From positions 1-64,000 of the forward strand of contig JAANOX010000190.1 in assembly GCA_020184695.1 (NCBI GenBank): a DNA stretch of 64,000 bases. Reading direction: 5' to 3'. Positions within the stretch are counted from its first letter, which is position 1. Each line of letters starts with the position of its first letter. Below, one piece after another: positions 47,740 to 59,562 of the stretch. The DNA comes from Histomonas meleagridis 2922-C6/04-290x (taxonomy: Eukaryota > Protista > Parabasalia). The position numbers were made by a program, and so were the translations under genes. Below the pieces are notes generated by a model that ran no database searches, was not told the origin of the DNA, and was given only the letters and a program-made list of their open reading frames with translations.

Positions 47740-48490
47740 TAAATTTTGGAATTCAGGTGACCGTTTACTGAATATCTTAACGTTCGTCTTTCGTAACGTA
47801 CTTATTTAATGAAATTTGTTTCTTCCTTCCTTCTTAGACAAGGAATGTTTTATATTTCGCTTAGAATATCATATACATGTGAGATTGATGTTTTAAATTA
47901 GGGAAATATAACATTTCATGCCGTATGACAGTTTTTCTTATTGATTTTTGAACGAAAATAAAAGTATATTTTTAATGAAAGGCTCTTTGATTCTCCTAAA
48001 GTTCATTCATTCCAATGACTTTATAGTCCAAAGTATAAACATTGATCATTTTTCTGGAAATTAGTTTTTTCAATTCATAAATTGAATTTTAATGTAAAGC
48101 ATATAATTTAAAAAATTCCAACAAAAAAATGTTATTAAAAGAAAAAAATATCCAAATCCATGTTTATTATTATGAATAGTCATGGCAAAAATGGTAAATT
48201 TTACTGGGTATTTTTGTTACTCATGCACACCCTGGTCAAATTGAATAAATTTTCATGTTTATTTTATTTGTGTGTATACTCATGAAAAGATCGTTAAAAA
48301 CAAGAAATTACCCAATAAAATGAAGAGGAGATGACATCGGATAAATAAAATGTCAAAAATTGCACGTTAATTTCATAAAATGAATGTTTTCTCAATTAAT
48401 ATCAAAGCAAACGCCACTTTTAATTCAATTCCACACTTGGAAATTAAATGTTAAAATAGACAAAAATTCATATTGTTTCATGACCTATTT

Positions 48491-51400
48491 TTACTGGGTC
48501 TTTTCCGCATCTTTTAGAAGATTTTCCATTTTTTCTTCCAAATATTGCATTTTCCATCTACACAAGTGCACCCTAGATTCCAATTGTAATCTCTTCATCA
48601 AATGTTCTCTTGCAGTATTTAAGTTTATTCCCTTCGCTGGTGTAGAAGCCTGTGAAGCGACCTTTGACTTTTCCATCGTTTCATTCAATTTAACAAAACC
48701 GCCGTTGATAATATTCAATTGTTCTTTCATTTGTGAGACTTCAGAATTCTTTTCGTCGAATTCAATACTTTCAATACCGCGTTCAAAAAGTTCCTTCACT
48801 TTCTTCGAATATTCAATTAATTGGTTAACGTTCGGTAATTTTGTGCCATTGATATTTTCATTCAAATCCTTCATGAATTCAATGATATTTTCACCTTTTT
48901 CTAAAGTTTTATCTATGTCATTAATTTCTTTAATATGGTCTTTCATATATAACAACAAATTCTCATAAGTAGTTGAGCCAGAAACGCATAAATTCAACAA
49001 AGTTAAAGTAAATTCTCTAGAAGCAGAAGGTACCATTTGTTGAATTAAGTTAATTTTATCATTAATCAATCCAATATTTTCTTGTAACGGTTTGGAGACG
49101 TTAAATATTTTATCTCTCAATTCATTTAACGATACGTCTTCGTTTTCAATCAGTGTCAAAGTTTCACCTGTCAATTGGAGAACGTTATTTAATATATTCA
49201 TAATTTCATTAAAACTGTTTTTGAATTGTTCGTTCCAATTTGGATTCGCTTGGAATTTGGATTTTAATGCCTTATTTAACAAATCCATATAATTACATAA
49301 CGAATTTGCTTCTTTTGTTAAGTTCAATTTATTTTGTAAGTTAACAGAACATAATGAAGTCTTTAGTATATTTGTTAATGTATTATTAACATTTTCATAT
49401 AAAACTTTACTATTTTCGACAATCGAATTGTTGTCTAATGTTTGGATGTTATTAAAGAATTCATTTATAATGTTTTTAGTGTTTTGAATAACGTCTAAAG
49501 TTACATTACAAGTTTCCTTAGAGTCAATAGTTGTTTCTTCTGTAGTTAATCTTGGAATTTGTATCTTTGTTGGAAGCTGATTTACTAATTCTGGTTCATA
49601 AGGCAAATATTCGATATCTGTTGTCTTCGTTATAACCTTCAAAAGTTTCTTTATTGTTTTATATATTGGATATTGTTTTACTATTAAAACATTAATATCA
49701 TAATCTTTAATAGTTTCCAAATATTCGGAAATTTCGATCTTTAATTCATTTATTAAATTGTTTATATTTTCATTTAAGTTTTTCATTGTATTATGTTGCA
49801 AAAGTTCATTTACTTCTGTTGAAAGTTTTGATGTTTCTTCATCAAGATGTGGAACATTTTGAGATAATGTTAATAAAAATGATTCCTTAAGTTTCGAGTT
49901 ACAAAATCCTGCGTTAATAATTGATACGTATAATATTATATTAATTAATTTCTCTAAAACATTTTTCTGTAATTTGATCATATTCGAATTATCTTCATTT
50001 TCTTCATTAATGAATGATAAGTCATCTACAATATCACCAATGTTATCTACATATCTTCTAAATAATCGTAAGTTACCATTTGATTGATCTTTTAGATAAT
50101 TATTTAATATTTTTATTGTATTTTTTGATAAATGAATAAACTCTTTATAATATTCAATATGTGGATTCTTATTAAGGAATATCGCATGTTGTGTCATTAT
50201 TTGAACATTCGAAGATATTAATAATAATTGACGTGGATCTTTTTCTTCTGTTAAGTTTTGAGCATAGAAATTATTATCTGTACGAATGTCTAATAATGAA
50301 TTTGTATCATTAACAGTTGTGATAGAATTCGTTAATGAATTCGATACTTCTGTTACATAAGATATTAATTTCGATTTAGATTCTTCATTATTAATGTTCT
50401 CTTTTGTATTAATATCTTCAATAATTGGTAAAATATCATTTAGTAATTGATCATTAACTTTCTTTTCTTTTGTTGTAGCTTCTAATGATTTAAGTTCAAT
50501 GATTTTGTCATGAATTTCATTGTTATTATCAGTCGATAATAAATTAATTAATTCAATTGTCTTTTCATTAGTTTTCTCTTTAATTTCTTCATTGTTTAAT
50601 GATCGTGTTTCAATAAATGAAGAAATCTTTTTAAGTTCATCATGAACTTTATCGATTGATTCTTTAGTCGAATCTTCTTTAGTAGCATCTTCTACTAATT
50701 TTAATACTTTTACTAATGAAATATCTAAAAGTTCTTTAGATTCTTCTTCAATAGTTGGTAAAACACCAGCTAACGAAGCCAAAATAGTTGGAGATTGATT
50801 AATTAATTGTTCTTTAACATCTTCTTCTTTATTATTATTATTATTATCTTCATTTATTATATTATTAATACTTGAAACCATTTTATTTTCGATTTCATTA
50901 ATTGGCATTGTAGTATAAGTTGGTAACATTTCGACAAAACTATTAAATGATTTAGAACATTCATTATTAATTTTAGTATCATCATCCTTTAAATAATCAA
51001 TTACTTCTTTAGTTTGGTCATAATATTTAGTGTTTTCCATTGTAGATAAAACTAATTCAAGTTGTTTATTATTAGTTTCAGTAAATTCTAATTTTTGTGT
51101 ATAATCAGGTTCTTCATAATTTTCAAGTTCTTGAATTAATTCATTTAATATTGATACTAATTGAGGTATCCATACTTGTAATTTAATATCTGCTTTATAC
51201 GCAATTTCAACTTTACATAAAACAGAAAATTGTTGATCAATATTATAAATAATTTGATATATTTGATTAAACTTATCCATAAATTGTTGTATATTTTCTT
51301 CAACTGAATTCGATAATGCTATAACAAATGATAAATGTGACATTGGACTCCGTAATAACATTGGTACTTTCATTGTATCATTTTGTAATGTTTCTAAAAC

Positions 51401-54400
51401 AATTTCCATTTCTGTTTTAGATTGTAATAATAATGATAATGCCATCATTCGATAATTTGCTTCCGAAAATTCACTTAATGGACATAACCAATCTTGTATA
51501 ATTAATTGGAATTCTTTCATTTGATCTGTTGTATCTACTTCTTGTAAATATCGTGCTATAAAACATAAGTTAATGAAATTCGATGATATTAATATTGATG
51601 GGTTTTCTAAGAATGTTAAAGATTGTTTAATATTTTCATCATTTGGATTTTGATTTAAATATTCTTTAATTATAGTTTCAGCATTTGAAAAGAAATATAA
51701 TGATAATGATAAATCAATTTCATCAATATAATCATTAAACTTTTTAATAATATTTATAATATTTTCATCTTGAATTTCTTTTAATAATAATAATGAATAA
51801 CAACGAATTTGTTTCATTTGATTATAATTTAATGATACTGATGGGAAACTTTTAGATTCAATTAATACTTGTGGATTAAATGAATTTAATGCGTTATTTA
51901 AATATTGTAAATAGAATAACTCTTTTTGATTATTATTTGGTTTATAATTCGATAATAAATCCTTTAATTGTATTGTTGCTTCACCTGCTGCGACTGCAAA
52001 TCCAATTGTCATTATTTTGAATTGTTCATTTTTAACTTCTTTATTAAATTGTGATTGAACTAATGTACGTAATTCATCAATATAAAATTTTTTCTTTTCA
52101 TGTGCATTAATTAATGTTATAGCAGCAATTAAAATTGTTGGCATTAATTCGGTATTTTTAGAGAATATATCAAATTTATCTTGAATTATATCTTTTACAT
52201 CTTCTGATATATCAGCAAATGATTTAATCTTATCGAAAATTATTTGTAAATCTAATGTTTGTGAGTTTAATTGTGATTTATTTCGTTGTCGATTATGATT
52301 TTCAGATACATCAGTAAATTCTCCTAAATTATTTTGGAAATCAGATAATACATTTAATAAAGGTTTCATTGATGAATCTTCTCTAACTTGTGGTATAATA
52401 TTTTGTACCATTTGATATAAATTATCTGCATTTTGTTGTTGTGATTCAACTTTATTAATCGATGTAGTAGATGTAGTATTTACCATAGTCTTTTGTAATA
52501 ATTTGATTTTAGATGCTAAATCTGGATTCTTAATTGATGTTTGTGATACAATAGAATTAACTTGTGTTATCACTGGATTTATAGTTTCAACAAATATTTG
52601 GATATCACTTTCTCCAACATGAGGTTTAATGATTTTATCAATAATCATTTCACAATTATTGAAAAATGTTTCAAGTTGTTTTGTAAATGTTGTTGTTTCA
52701 ATTAAATATGGACTAACTATTTTAGAGAATATTGTAATTTGATATTTCTTTCTTGCAATTTCTTTAATTTTTGATAATATTTGTGATTCATTATCTTTAA
52801 TCTCTTGAAGTGATGTAGATAATTGATTAAAATATGCTTGCCAAAACTTCATAATAGTTAAAATATTCTTTTGATTAGAGAATAATTGTATTGATGAGAA
52901 ATTATCAAAGAAACGTGAAACTTCTTCAATTTGTGGTATAATATCTTCAACCATAGTTTTGACTTCTTTACCAGCAAAGAATGGTATTATAGATATTGTT
53001 GGTGGTTGTACAGTATCATGTTCAGGTAATTGGTTAATACATAATATAATTAAATCAGTTAAATCATAAGCTTCTTTAATTTTAACAAACTTTTCTTCAT
53101 TCAATTCATTCTTTGCTATGTTTTGTGCTTCGATTAATATATTTTTCATTTCTTGAAATATTTCTACTTGTCGATCAGGGAATGGAGATCTTAATATAAA
53201 TATCATATCTTTTAATAATGTTTCTTTATCTTTATCACTAGGGATTAATAATGCTATATTTTTAATTGTTGTAGATAATTCTTCTAATAAGTTATGGAAT
53301 TGATCAAATGAAGCTATATGATTTGATAATAAGTCATCAATAATTCGAATGATATTTGAGAAATAATGTATTAATGAAGCATCATGTAATATTGTTGATA
53401 ATTCTCGAATATGTTTCATTACTTCTATTAATATTTTATGCGTTTTGTTAATCGCTATAAAGATTGATCGTGTCGGATTATTTAATGCTCGTTTAAATAT
53501 TGTAATTAATGTCTTTAATTGCATACTTTGACCTTTAACTTGTTCATAAAGTTCTTGTGATTTAGAATCTGTCCATTTAACATCATGATTTAAGAACTTA
53601 ACTATAGTTTCGACAAGTGAATCATGAAGTGCTTTTAATTGTTGTGAAGAAGGGATATCACGGAATGGTTCTATTCGAACATCATTTAATAATGTAATAA
53701 ATTGATCAAGTTTCTTCTTAGAAAAGATTAACGCTTGTTGAAATGTTTTATCTGATGTAATTGACGTAATTAATTCAGTGATTCCTTTACAATCTAAAAC
53801 AGCCCTTTGTAAAACTATAGTTTGTTCCTTAAGTTTATCAAAAAATGGTATTGAAAATGGTCGAATTGTTAACTTTTGACGTAAATCATTTGCATTTGAA
53901 TATGCATTACCTAATGATATTAATGCGGTATTAATTTTCTCAACTAATTCTTGATTATTAACTATTTTCGGATCATTTTTAACAGTATTTCCTACTGTTA
54001 ATAATATCGCAATTGAAAATAATGTTTGATGAAATCCAAATATATGTTTTAATCGATCAACTGGCTCATGTGGTATTAAAGGTCGTAATGTATCTTTAAT
54101 AAGAGTAGTAAAATGTTCAATCGCTGGTAAAAATGATGAACCTGGTGATAATGGAATAACACTTTCAGCAAATGCTGTTAAAGATTTCATTTCATCTAAA
54201 AGATGTATTAAATGAAATTGTGTATTATATAAAATTGTACCATTTGTTGGACATTGTTTAAGTTCTTTAAGACTATCTTGAAATGTTTCACGATATTTCT
54301 TTAAGAAATTAACCCAATTCTCAATAACAGTTTTACGTTTCGAATCAACTTTAACCATAATTTCAGATCGAATAAGTTTTTGACATGTTATTAAAATATT

Positions 54401-55873
54401 TAAACTTGATAATATTAATTCAATACTTCCAACAGTAATATTTGAAGTAGAGATCATATATAATGCGGAATTAATTGTGTCTCTTTCTGCATTTGTTATA
54501 TTTGTAGATCGTGTAATAATTTCATTAGTATTAAAGATTAAATGTAATAATGAATCTTGTTCAAACATATCTTTGTCACAATTCGCTTTAATATTTGCAA
54601 CTTCATTCGGTAATTCTTGTTCAAACTTAGGTAAAAGTGGTAAAACTTTAGTTTTATATGGATTTAATGTTCCTGGATAATATAAATATTTCCCTAATGT
54701 TGTTAGTGTATAATAATATGTAAAATTAGTGATGTCTACTTCTTCTGTTGTTAATGTTTCTTCTTTCAGAAATCCATCAGTGATTAATTCGGCACCAAAT
54801 TCTTTTACAAGTGATGCATATGTAGATATCATTGCATATATAGTTTGTGCATTCTTAAAATGTATTTTTAATTTATGTTCGTGGCCATCAGGTAATAAAA
54901 ATTTAATTGTGATTGTGCCTTTCGATTTATGTACAGAAACATATCGATAATATGGTATCGAATAAACAATTTCTTTGGATTCATTATATAAATCAATTTT
55001 AATTGGGCCAATATATAATTCACATGGGATATAATTCTTATCTTCTCCTTCTGCATATTTACATTTAAAGATTTCACAGCCGAAATTCGGAATTGAATGG
55101 GCGACCGTTAGGTACTGCCCGATAGCTTCTTCTTTGGTCGGCGCTTTTCGTGAAGACAGATATTCCACAACTAAAGCTTTGACATTTTCTGGAACATCTG
55201 GCGGTATTGAATTCTCACTAATTTCGTCACTATCATTAGCTACTATATACAATGAATAATAACATAACTCGGCTTTTTTCTCATCGGAAATGGGAAAGTT
55301 GTTCTTCTTAATATGCTCAGAAACATCGTTATAGGCTAATAATGCAGAGGCACGATCAGATATTTGGGATTTGGTGAATACAAAATAACGCCTTTTGAAA
55401 AATACTTTATCATAGTTGGTGCATTGCTGTGGTAATGATAAATCAAGATTAAGTGGAATATGTTCACCTTCGGGTGAAATTGTAAATAAAGAATATCCAA
55501 TTGGATTTCCAATTCGAAGTTTCTCAGCAATATATGAAACTAATTCTTTGACAGTTTTGGAAATATCAACAATTAACTTCTTGGAAGAACCATCAGAAGT
55601 TAGAACAGTGATTGCATTGTTTGTTTTTAATACAAACAAAGCCATTCCATCATGAAGATGATAATGTGATATGTCTTTATCTGGGTTTATCCATTTATAA
55701 GATTTGTCTTTCTTTCGAATCAGTAATTTTGTATTTTTGTTCTCAGGTATTTTTAAATTTTGTAGAGCAAGTGAAAGGAGCTGAGAACCTTTGATTTTGT
55801 CTGGGTACTCAAATTCCTGGGCGTTGTTGCCATGAATATTGTCGCATGTGATCAGGGAAATCGAGCTAGACAT
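48491..55873 (-). CDS. Talin-like protein: N-terminal FERM region, long helical rod, I/LWEQ-like terminal helix (2460 aa)
   Basis: Two ubiquitin-like N-terminal lobes (DGSSKKLIVDISKTVKELV), YLTVAHSIPNFGCEIF (FERM lobe B/C), terminal GINLNTAREHLMKRLQLESRV. Confidence 0.65.
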   Translation of the reverse strand: MSSSISLITCDNIHGNNAQEFEYPDKIKGSQLLSLALQNLKIPENKNTKLLIRKKDKSYKWINPDKDISHYHLHDGMALFVLKTNNAITVLTSDGSSKKLIVDISKTVKELVSYIAEKLRIGNPIGYSLFTISPEGEHIPLNLDLSLPQQCTNYDKVFFKRRYFVFTKSQISDRASALLAYNDVSEHIKKNNFPISDEKKAELCYYSLYIVANDSDEISENSIPPDVPENVKALVVEYLSSRKAPTKEEAIGQYLTVAHSIPNFGCEIFKCKYAEGEDKNYIPCELYIGPIKIDLYNESKEIVYSIPYYRYVSVHKSKGTITIKFLLPDGHEHKLKIHFKNAQTIYAMISTYASLVKEFGAELITDGFLKEETLTTEEVDITNFTYYYTLTTLGKYLYYPGTLNPYKTKVLPLLPKFEQELPNEVANIKANCDKDMFEQDSLLHLIFNTNEIITRSTNITNAERDTINSALYMISTSNITVGSIELILSSLNILITCQKLIRSEIMVKVDSKRKTVIENWVNFLKKYRETFQDSLKELKQCPTNGTILYNTQFHLIHLLDEMKSLTAFAESVIPLSPGSSFLPAIEHFTTLIKDTLRPLIPHEPVDRLKHIFGFHQTLFSIAILLTVGNTVKNDPKIVNNQELVEKINTALISLGNAYSNANDLRQKLTIRPFSIPFFDKLKEQTIVLQRAVLDCKGITELITSITSDKTFQQALIFSKKKLDQFITLLNDVRIEPFRDIPSSQQLKALHDSLVETIVKFLNHDVKWTDSKSQELYEQVKGQSMQLKTLITIFKRALNNPTRSIFIAINKTHKILIEVMKHIRELSTILHDASLIHYFSNIIRIIDDLLSNHIASFDQFHNLLEELSTTIKNIALLIPSDKDKETLLKDMIFILRSPFPDRQVEIFQEMKNILIEAQNIAKNELNEEKFVKIKEAYDLTDLIILCINQLPEHDTVQPPTISIIPFFAGKEVKTMVEDIIPQIEEVSRFFDNFSSIQLFSNQKNILTIMKFWQAYFNQLSTSLQEIKDNESQILSKIKEIARKKYQITIFSKIVSPYLIETTTFTKQLETFFNNCEMIIDKIIKPHVGESDIQIFVETINPVITQVNSIVSQTSIKNPDLASKIKLLQKTMVNTTSTTSINKVESQQQNADNLYQMVQNIIPQVREDSSMKPLLNVLSDFQNNLGEFTDVSENHNRQRNKSQLNSQTLDLQIIFDKIKSFADISEDVKDIIQDKFDIFSKNTELMPTILIAAITLINAHEKKKFYIDELRTLVQSQFNKEVKNEQFKIMTIGFAVAAGEATIQLKDLLSNYKPNNNQKELFYLQYLNNALNSFNPQVLIESKSFPSVSLNYNQMKQIRCYSLLLLKEIQDENIINIIKKFNDYIDEIDLSLSLYFFSNAETIIKEYLNQNPNDENIKQSLTFLENPSILISSNFINLCFIARYLQEVDTTDQMKEFQLIIQDWLCPLSEFSEANYRMMALSLLLQSKTEMEIVLETLQNDTMKVPMLLRSPMSHLSFVIALSNSVEENIQQFMDKFNQIYQIIYNIDQQFSVLCKVEIAYKADIKLQVWIPQLVSILNELIQELENYEEPDYTQKLEFTETNNKQLELVLSTMENTKYYDQTKEVIDYLKDDDTKINNECSKSFNSFVEMLPTYTTMPINEIENKMVSSINNIINEDNNNNNKEEDVKEQLINQSPTILASLAGVLPTIEEESKELLDISLVKVLKLVEDATKEDSTKESIDKVHDELKKISSFIETRSLNNEEIKEKTNEKTIELINLLSTDNNNEIHDKIIELKSLEATTKEKKVNDQLLNDILPIIEDINTKENINNEESKSKLISYVTEVSNSLTNSITTVNDTNSLLDIRTDNNFYAQNLTEEKDPRQLLLISSNVQIMTQHAIFLNKNPHIEYYKEFIHLSKNTIKILNNYLKDQSNGNLRLFRRYVDNIGDIVDDLSFINEENEDNSNMIKLQKNVLEKLINIILYVSIINAGFCNSKLKESFLLTLSQNVPHLDEETSKLSTEVNELLQHNTMKNLNENINNLINELKIEISEYLETIKDYDINVLIVKQYPIYKTIKKLLKVITKTTDIEYLPYEPELVNQLPTKIQIPRLTTEETTIDSKETCNVTLDVIQNTKNIINEFFNNIQTLDNNSIVENSKVLYENVNNTLTNILKTSLCSVNLQNKLNLTKEANSLCNYMDLLNKALKSKFQANPNWNEQFKNSFNEIMNILNNVLQLTGETLTLIENEDVSLNELRDKIFNVSKPLQENIGLINDKINLIQQMVPSASREFTLTLLNLCVSGSTTYENLLLYMKDHIKEINDIDKTLEKGENIIEFMKDLNENINGTKLPNVNQLIEYSKKVKELFERGIESIEFDEKNSEVSQMKEQLNIINGGFVKLNETMEKSKVASQASTPAKGINLNTAREHLMKRLQLESRVHLCRWKMQYLEEKMENLLKDAEKTQ

Positions 55874-56894
55874 TTAAAGTTGTCTCACTTTTTCGGAATT
55901 TTGTACCAAAAGTGACAAAAACAATTTTTCTGTCAAGTTAAGTTCGATGATTTAATTCCCAGAAAATAACGGTTTGGTGTAATCTATTAAAAAAAAACCA
56001 CAGTTTTAACAAACATGTCATTTTTGACTTCAAAAAGTTTTTTTGTGCAATGTCAACAAAAGCTCAAAACTGAAAATGCATAATTGGTAAATTAGTATTT
56101 ACGTATGACACATTGTGGAAAGTTTTTGTGATATAATCAATGTGATAACTTGTTTAAATGTGAAAATTTTGGATGAAAAGTTATTGAAATGTATTTTTTT
56201 TATATGAGCATCGCAAATTAGTTCATTTGAAAAATATAAAAAGAGTTTGTTGTTATTATAAAATAATTGTTTTTTATTTAGTAAAAAAAGTAAAGTTCAG
56301 CTCAATTGTAACAAGCTGTTTGTACATGTAATCCATTAGAACACTTGTATCAGGTGAACATAAATGAAATGCTCTTCGTATTAATAATTATAACCATTTC
56401 GATCTTTTCTCAGATGATTGTTTTAATTCTTTTGGTACTCTTTTTAGGAATTCAATGTTAGTATAAATTTGTTGAAATCCATCATGTGATACTACTAATG
56501 TAGCTAAGATTGCATTTAATAATGAGGTCAAAATATAATCGCGAATTTTAAATGAAAAATGTGTATTACAAAAGTTACACATAAACAAATGAATTTTTGA
56601 AATTGACATGCTTGAAAGCACATTATATAAAAATACAATTAGAATTTATCAAAGTATATATGAATTTTTTTGATAATGATTTAATATATTTAAAATATTT
56701 TTTGAATAGCTACTTTTGTGAGATTATATTCTCCTAGAAATTATATTATTAAATCACGGAAAAAATAAAACCAAGTAATAAATTTTAAAATATATTTTTT
56801 TGAGAAATCAAAAAACCATATGAAATGTTTTTAAAATGTTTGAAGATAATGAACAAAATATATCTTTAATTTGTACATCATAAAAAATTTTTTT

Positions 56895-57400
56895 GGGGTA
56901 TGATGAATGGTGCTCCCGGATTTGAAAGGAATTGATCGTTGGAAGTTGTTTGCATATTCCTTCTGTGGATTCGCTAACAACATCTAAGTGTCCAAATTGT
57001 TTGTCTATATATGTTAAATATGTGATAACACTTGTTGTAACATTAAAAAATGCACTAAAACCAATTTCTGGTTCTTTATCTCCATAATAATAGATGCATT
57101 GAAGACTATAACAACCCGAAAATGCTGAACTTCTAATTTCTCTTATTCCATATCCAAGTGTTCATATCGTTAAATTAGAACATCATCAAATGCATAGTTT
57201 CCATTTGTTACAACTGCATTTGGAATCATAATGTTTTTGAATGTTGAACAGTATGAAAATGCTCCACCACCATTCGTTGTAACTTTTTCTCCAAAATTAA
57301 TCGTTTCTAAATTATCTCGTAACGAATACACAGAACTCCCATTATTTGATGCTGAGTTCGAACCAAATTTGCATTGCTGGATTCGAATCCATATCGATAT
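56895..57400 (-). pseudogene. BspA/TpLRR leucine-rich repeat pseudogene
   Basis: LETINFGEKVTTNGGGAFSYCSTFKNIMIPNAVVTNGNYAF and IREIRSSAFSGCYSLQCIYYYGDKEP, with frameshifts and stops. Confidence 0.75.
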
Positions 57401-57658
57401 AATGCATAATGATATAAACCTAGGAACAAGTGTAATATTAATGAGGAATTAAGTTATACACATTTTTTATTTAAAATTCGTTTTACAGCAACAAAACTTC
57501 ATAATCACTAATAGTTAAACGGTCTGTATTAATTAACGTACACATAAGAAATGAGAACTCAAAGAACAAAAGAAAGAACTAAACAATCAACAGTTCCCAT
57601 ATGTAAACTAAGAGGTTCAAAGCCAACAAACTTAAGATTATCAACACGTGGGATTAAA

Positions 57659-58969
57659 ATGACTACTACTCAGAAACAAGATAAAACAGATTCACAAAAT
57701 CCTCCTCAAGCTCAACTTTTAGCTGAAGAATATGTGCATAACCTCCAACAGCAGATATATTTTCTCGATGCAGAACTTCGTTTTCTTCGTGATCGTGCCG
57801 GAGTGGATTCAAATGATACTTCAGTTGATGCAGCAATTCGACGTTTAAGACGTGCATGCGCAATGCATGAAGAAGAAACCAACAAAAAAATCAAAGAACT
57901 TGAGCAATTAACACAAGAAAAGCAAAAAGAAATTGATGATATCGACGAAAATAAAGCAGAAGAAGTGTATGACAAAGCTGTTGCTTCTGAGGCAAACAAT
58001 ATCGAAGTGCTTAAGAATGCTTTTGCAGAAGTTGCTAATCCCATACACATGCATCAATTACAATATGAACATCAACAAAAAGCAGATTTGTTTCACAGCA
58101 CTCAAAGAGAAAACATAAATAATGACATCAAAGAAAAGAAATCACAACGTGAAGCTAAACAAAATGAACTCTCTAAAATAACACTCAAACTTGAAGACAT
58201 TCGAAATGAAAGAAAATCTCTCATTGACAAACTAAAAGACAGTATACGAAGTAAGCGTTTACTTGAAGAAGAATCTGATGTCTTAAACTTTTATTCCCAA
58301 CAAGATCTTACGCCTACAAACCAATCATTAAATGTCATCAAAGCACAAAACTCAAGAATCGAAGCGGAACTTGAATCTGCGCGTCGAAATCGAACTGATC
58401 TCGAACAACAAATCGAGCGACTTCTTGGCAAGAATGTACATCTTAAAGCCGAGTTAAATGATTTGGAATCGAAAGTTAAATATGCGAAAAACATAAAAGA
58501 ACAAATGACGAAATTATATTCAGACAAATATAATCAAACAAAAGATGCGTACGAAAAGATTAAAGCTGAACTTATAACAGTAAAAGAAGAAAAGAAACAA
58601 CTAAAAGAAAATTTCCGAAAAAGTAATGCAGATTTCGATCAATATCTTTCGCAAATTAATAAGTGTCAAGCTGAGCAACAACTTATCGAAGAAGAAATCG
58701 AATTTAAAAAAGAAGAAAAATTGAAAATCGATAAAGAAAGCGAAAAAGTTCAAGCGGAAATTAAGTTGCTAAATGAAGAAATTAATGAACTAAATAAGGA
58801 AATGGACAATTTGGTACACAGTATTGCAGAGGCATCAGAAAAACAGAAAAGAGTCGAAGTACTCGTGGAAATAAATAAGAACGACCCAAGATGCGTTTTG
58901 GAGAACTTGCCTCCGGGACTGGAGGCGCTATTGGAGTCCCTAAATGTGGTTACAGATAAATTAGAATAA
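57659..58969 (+). CDS. Long coiled-coil protein
   Basis: E/K/Q-rich heptads; probable start MTTTQK at 57659; EYVHNLQQQIYFLDAEL. Confidence 0.75.
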   Translation: MTTTQKQDKTDSQNPPQAQLLAEEYVHNLQQQIYFLDAELRFLRDRAGVDSNDTSVDAAIRRLRRACAMHEEETNKKIKELEQLTQEKQKEIDDIDENKAEEVYDKAVASEANNIEVLKNAFAEVANPIHMHQLQYEHQQKADLFHSTQRENINNDIKEKKSQREAKQNELSKITLKLEDIRNERKSLIDKLKDSIRSKRLLEEESDVLNFYSQQDLTPTNQSLNVIKAQNSRIEAELESARRNRTDLEQQIERLLGKNVHLKAELNDLESKVKYAKNIKEQMTKLYSDKYNQTKDAYEKIKAELITVKEEKKQLKENFRKSNADFDQYLSQINKCQAEQQLIEEEIEFKKEEKLKIDKESEKVQAEIKLLNEEINELNKEMDNLVHSIAEASEKQKRVEVLVEINKNDPRCVLENLPPGLEALLESLNVVTDKLE

Positions 58970-59562
58970 TATTTTGTATAAAAATCTTTTACCATGAAAT
59001 CATTATTACAATCAAAATTACGCCGTAAGAATTTTATGTTTTGGCTTTAAGATTTCAATTTTTAGCTTAAAAATGTTTTGAAGTTGTTGATCAAGAATTT
59101 AAAGATTTTATTTATAAGAAAAATGATCACTGGGAAATGTAAGGAGATCTACCAGAGATCTGATAATTAGATTTCTTAAGTAAACTTTTTTTCTGTTTTG
59201 AATTTCATAAATAAAATATATATTTTCCTTAATGTATAAATTCAAAAAATGATGCAGAAAGGTTTCTCAATGATAGAAATGAAAGAAAAATCATCGGATT
59301 CATATTTTAAAACTCAAAACCTTTCTCCATTCACTTTATTTTAATTTCTTTTCAAAACATGAACAAGATTAACTTTTATCTATAACATTTGAAAGTTTCA
59401 CAGCATAAAGTTTTCCATCCCGTTTTAATTTCTGAATACACGCGAATAAATTCAGCCTTTTTGATGATCTTATTATTTATATTAATGGGATGTCTAAAAT
59501 AACATAAATATATTTAAAATTTTCTCAATAATCCGATGCCGCCTTTTAATATTATTCAAATT

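Noticed and set aside
29096-56621. Numerous 60-130 aa ORFs nested in or antisense to long genes
   Set aside because: No motifs, mostly non-ATG starts; expected by chance opposite or within real CDSs.
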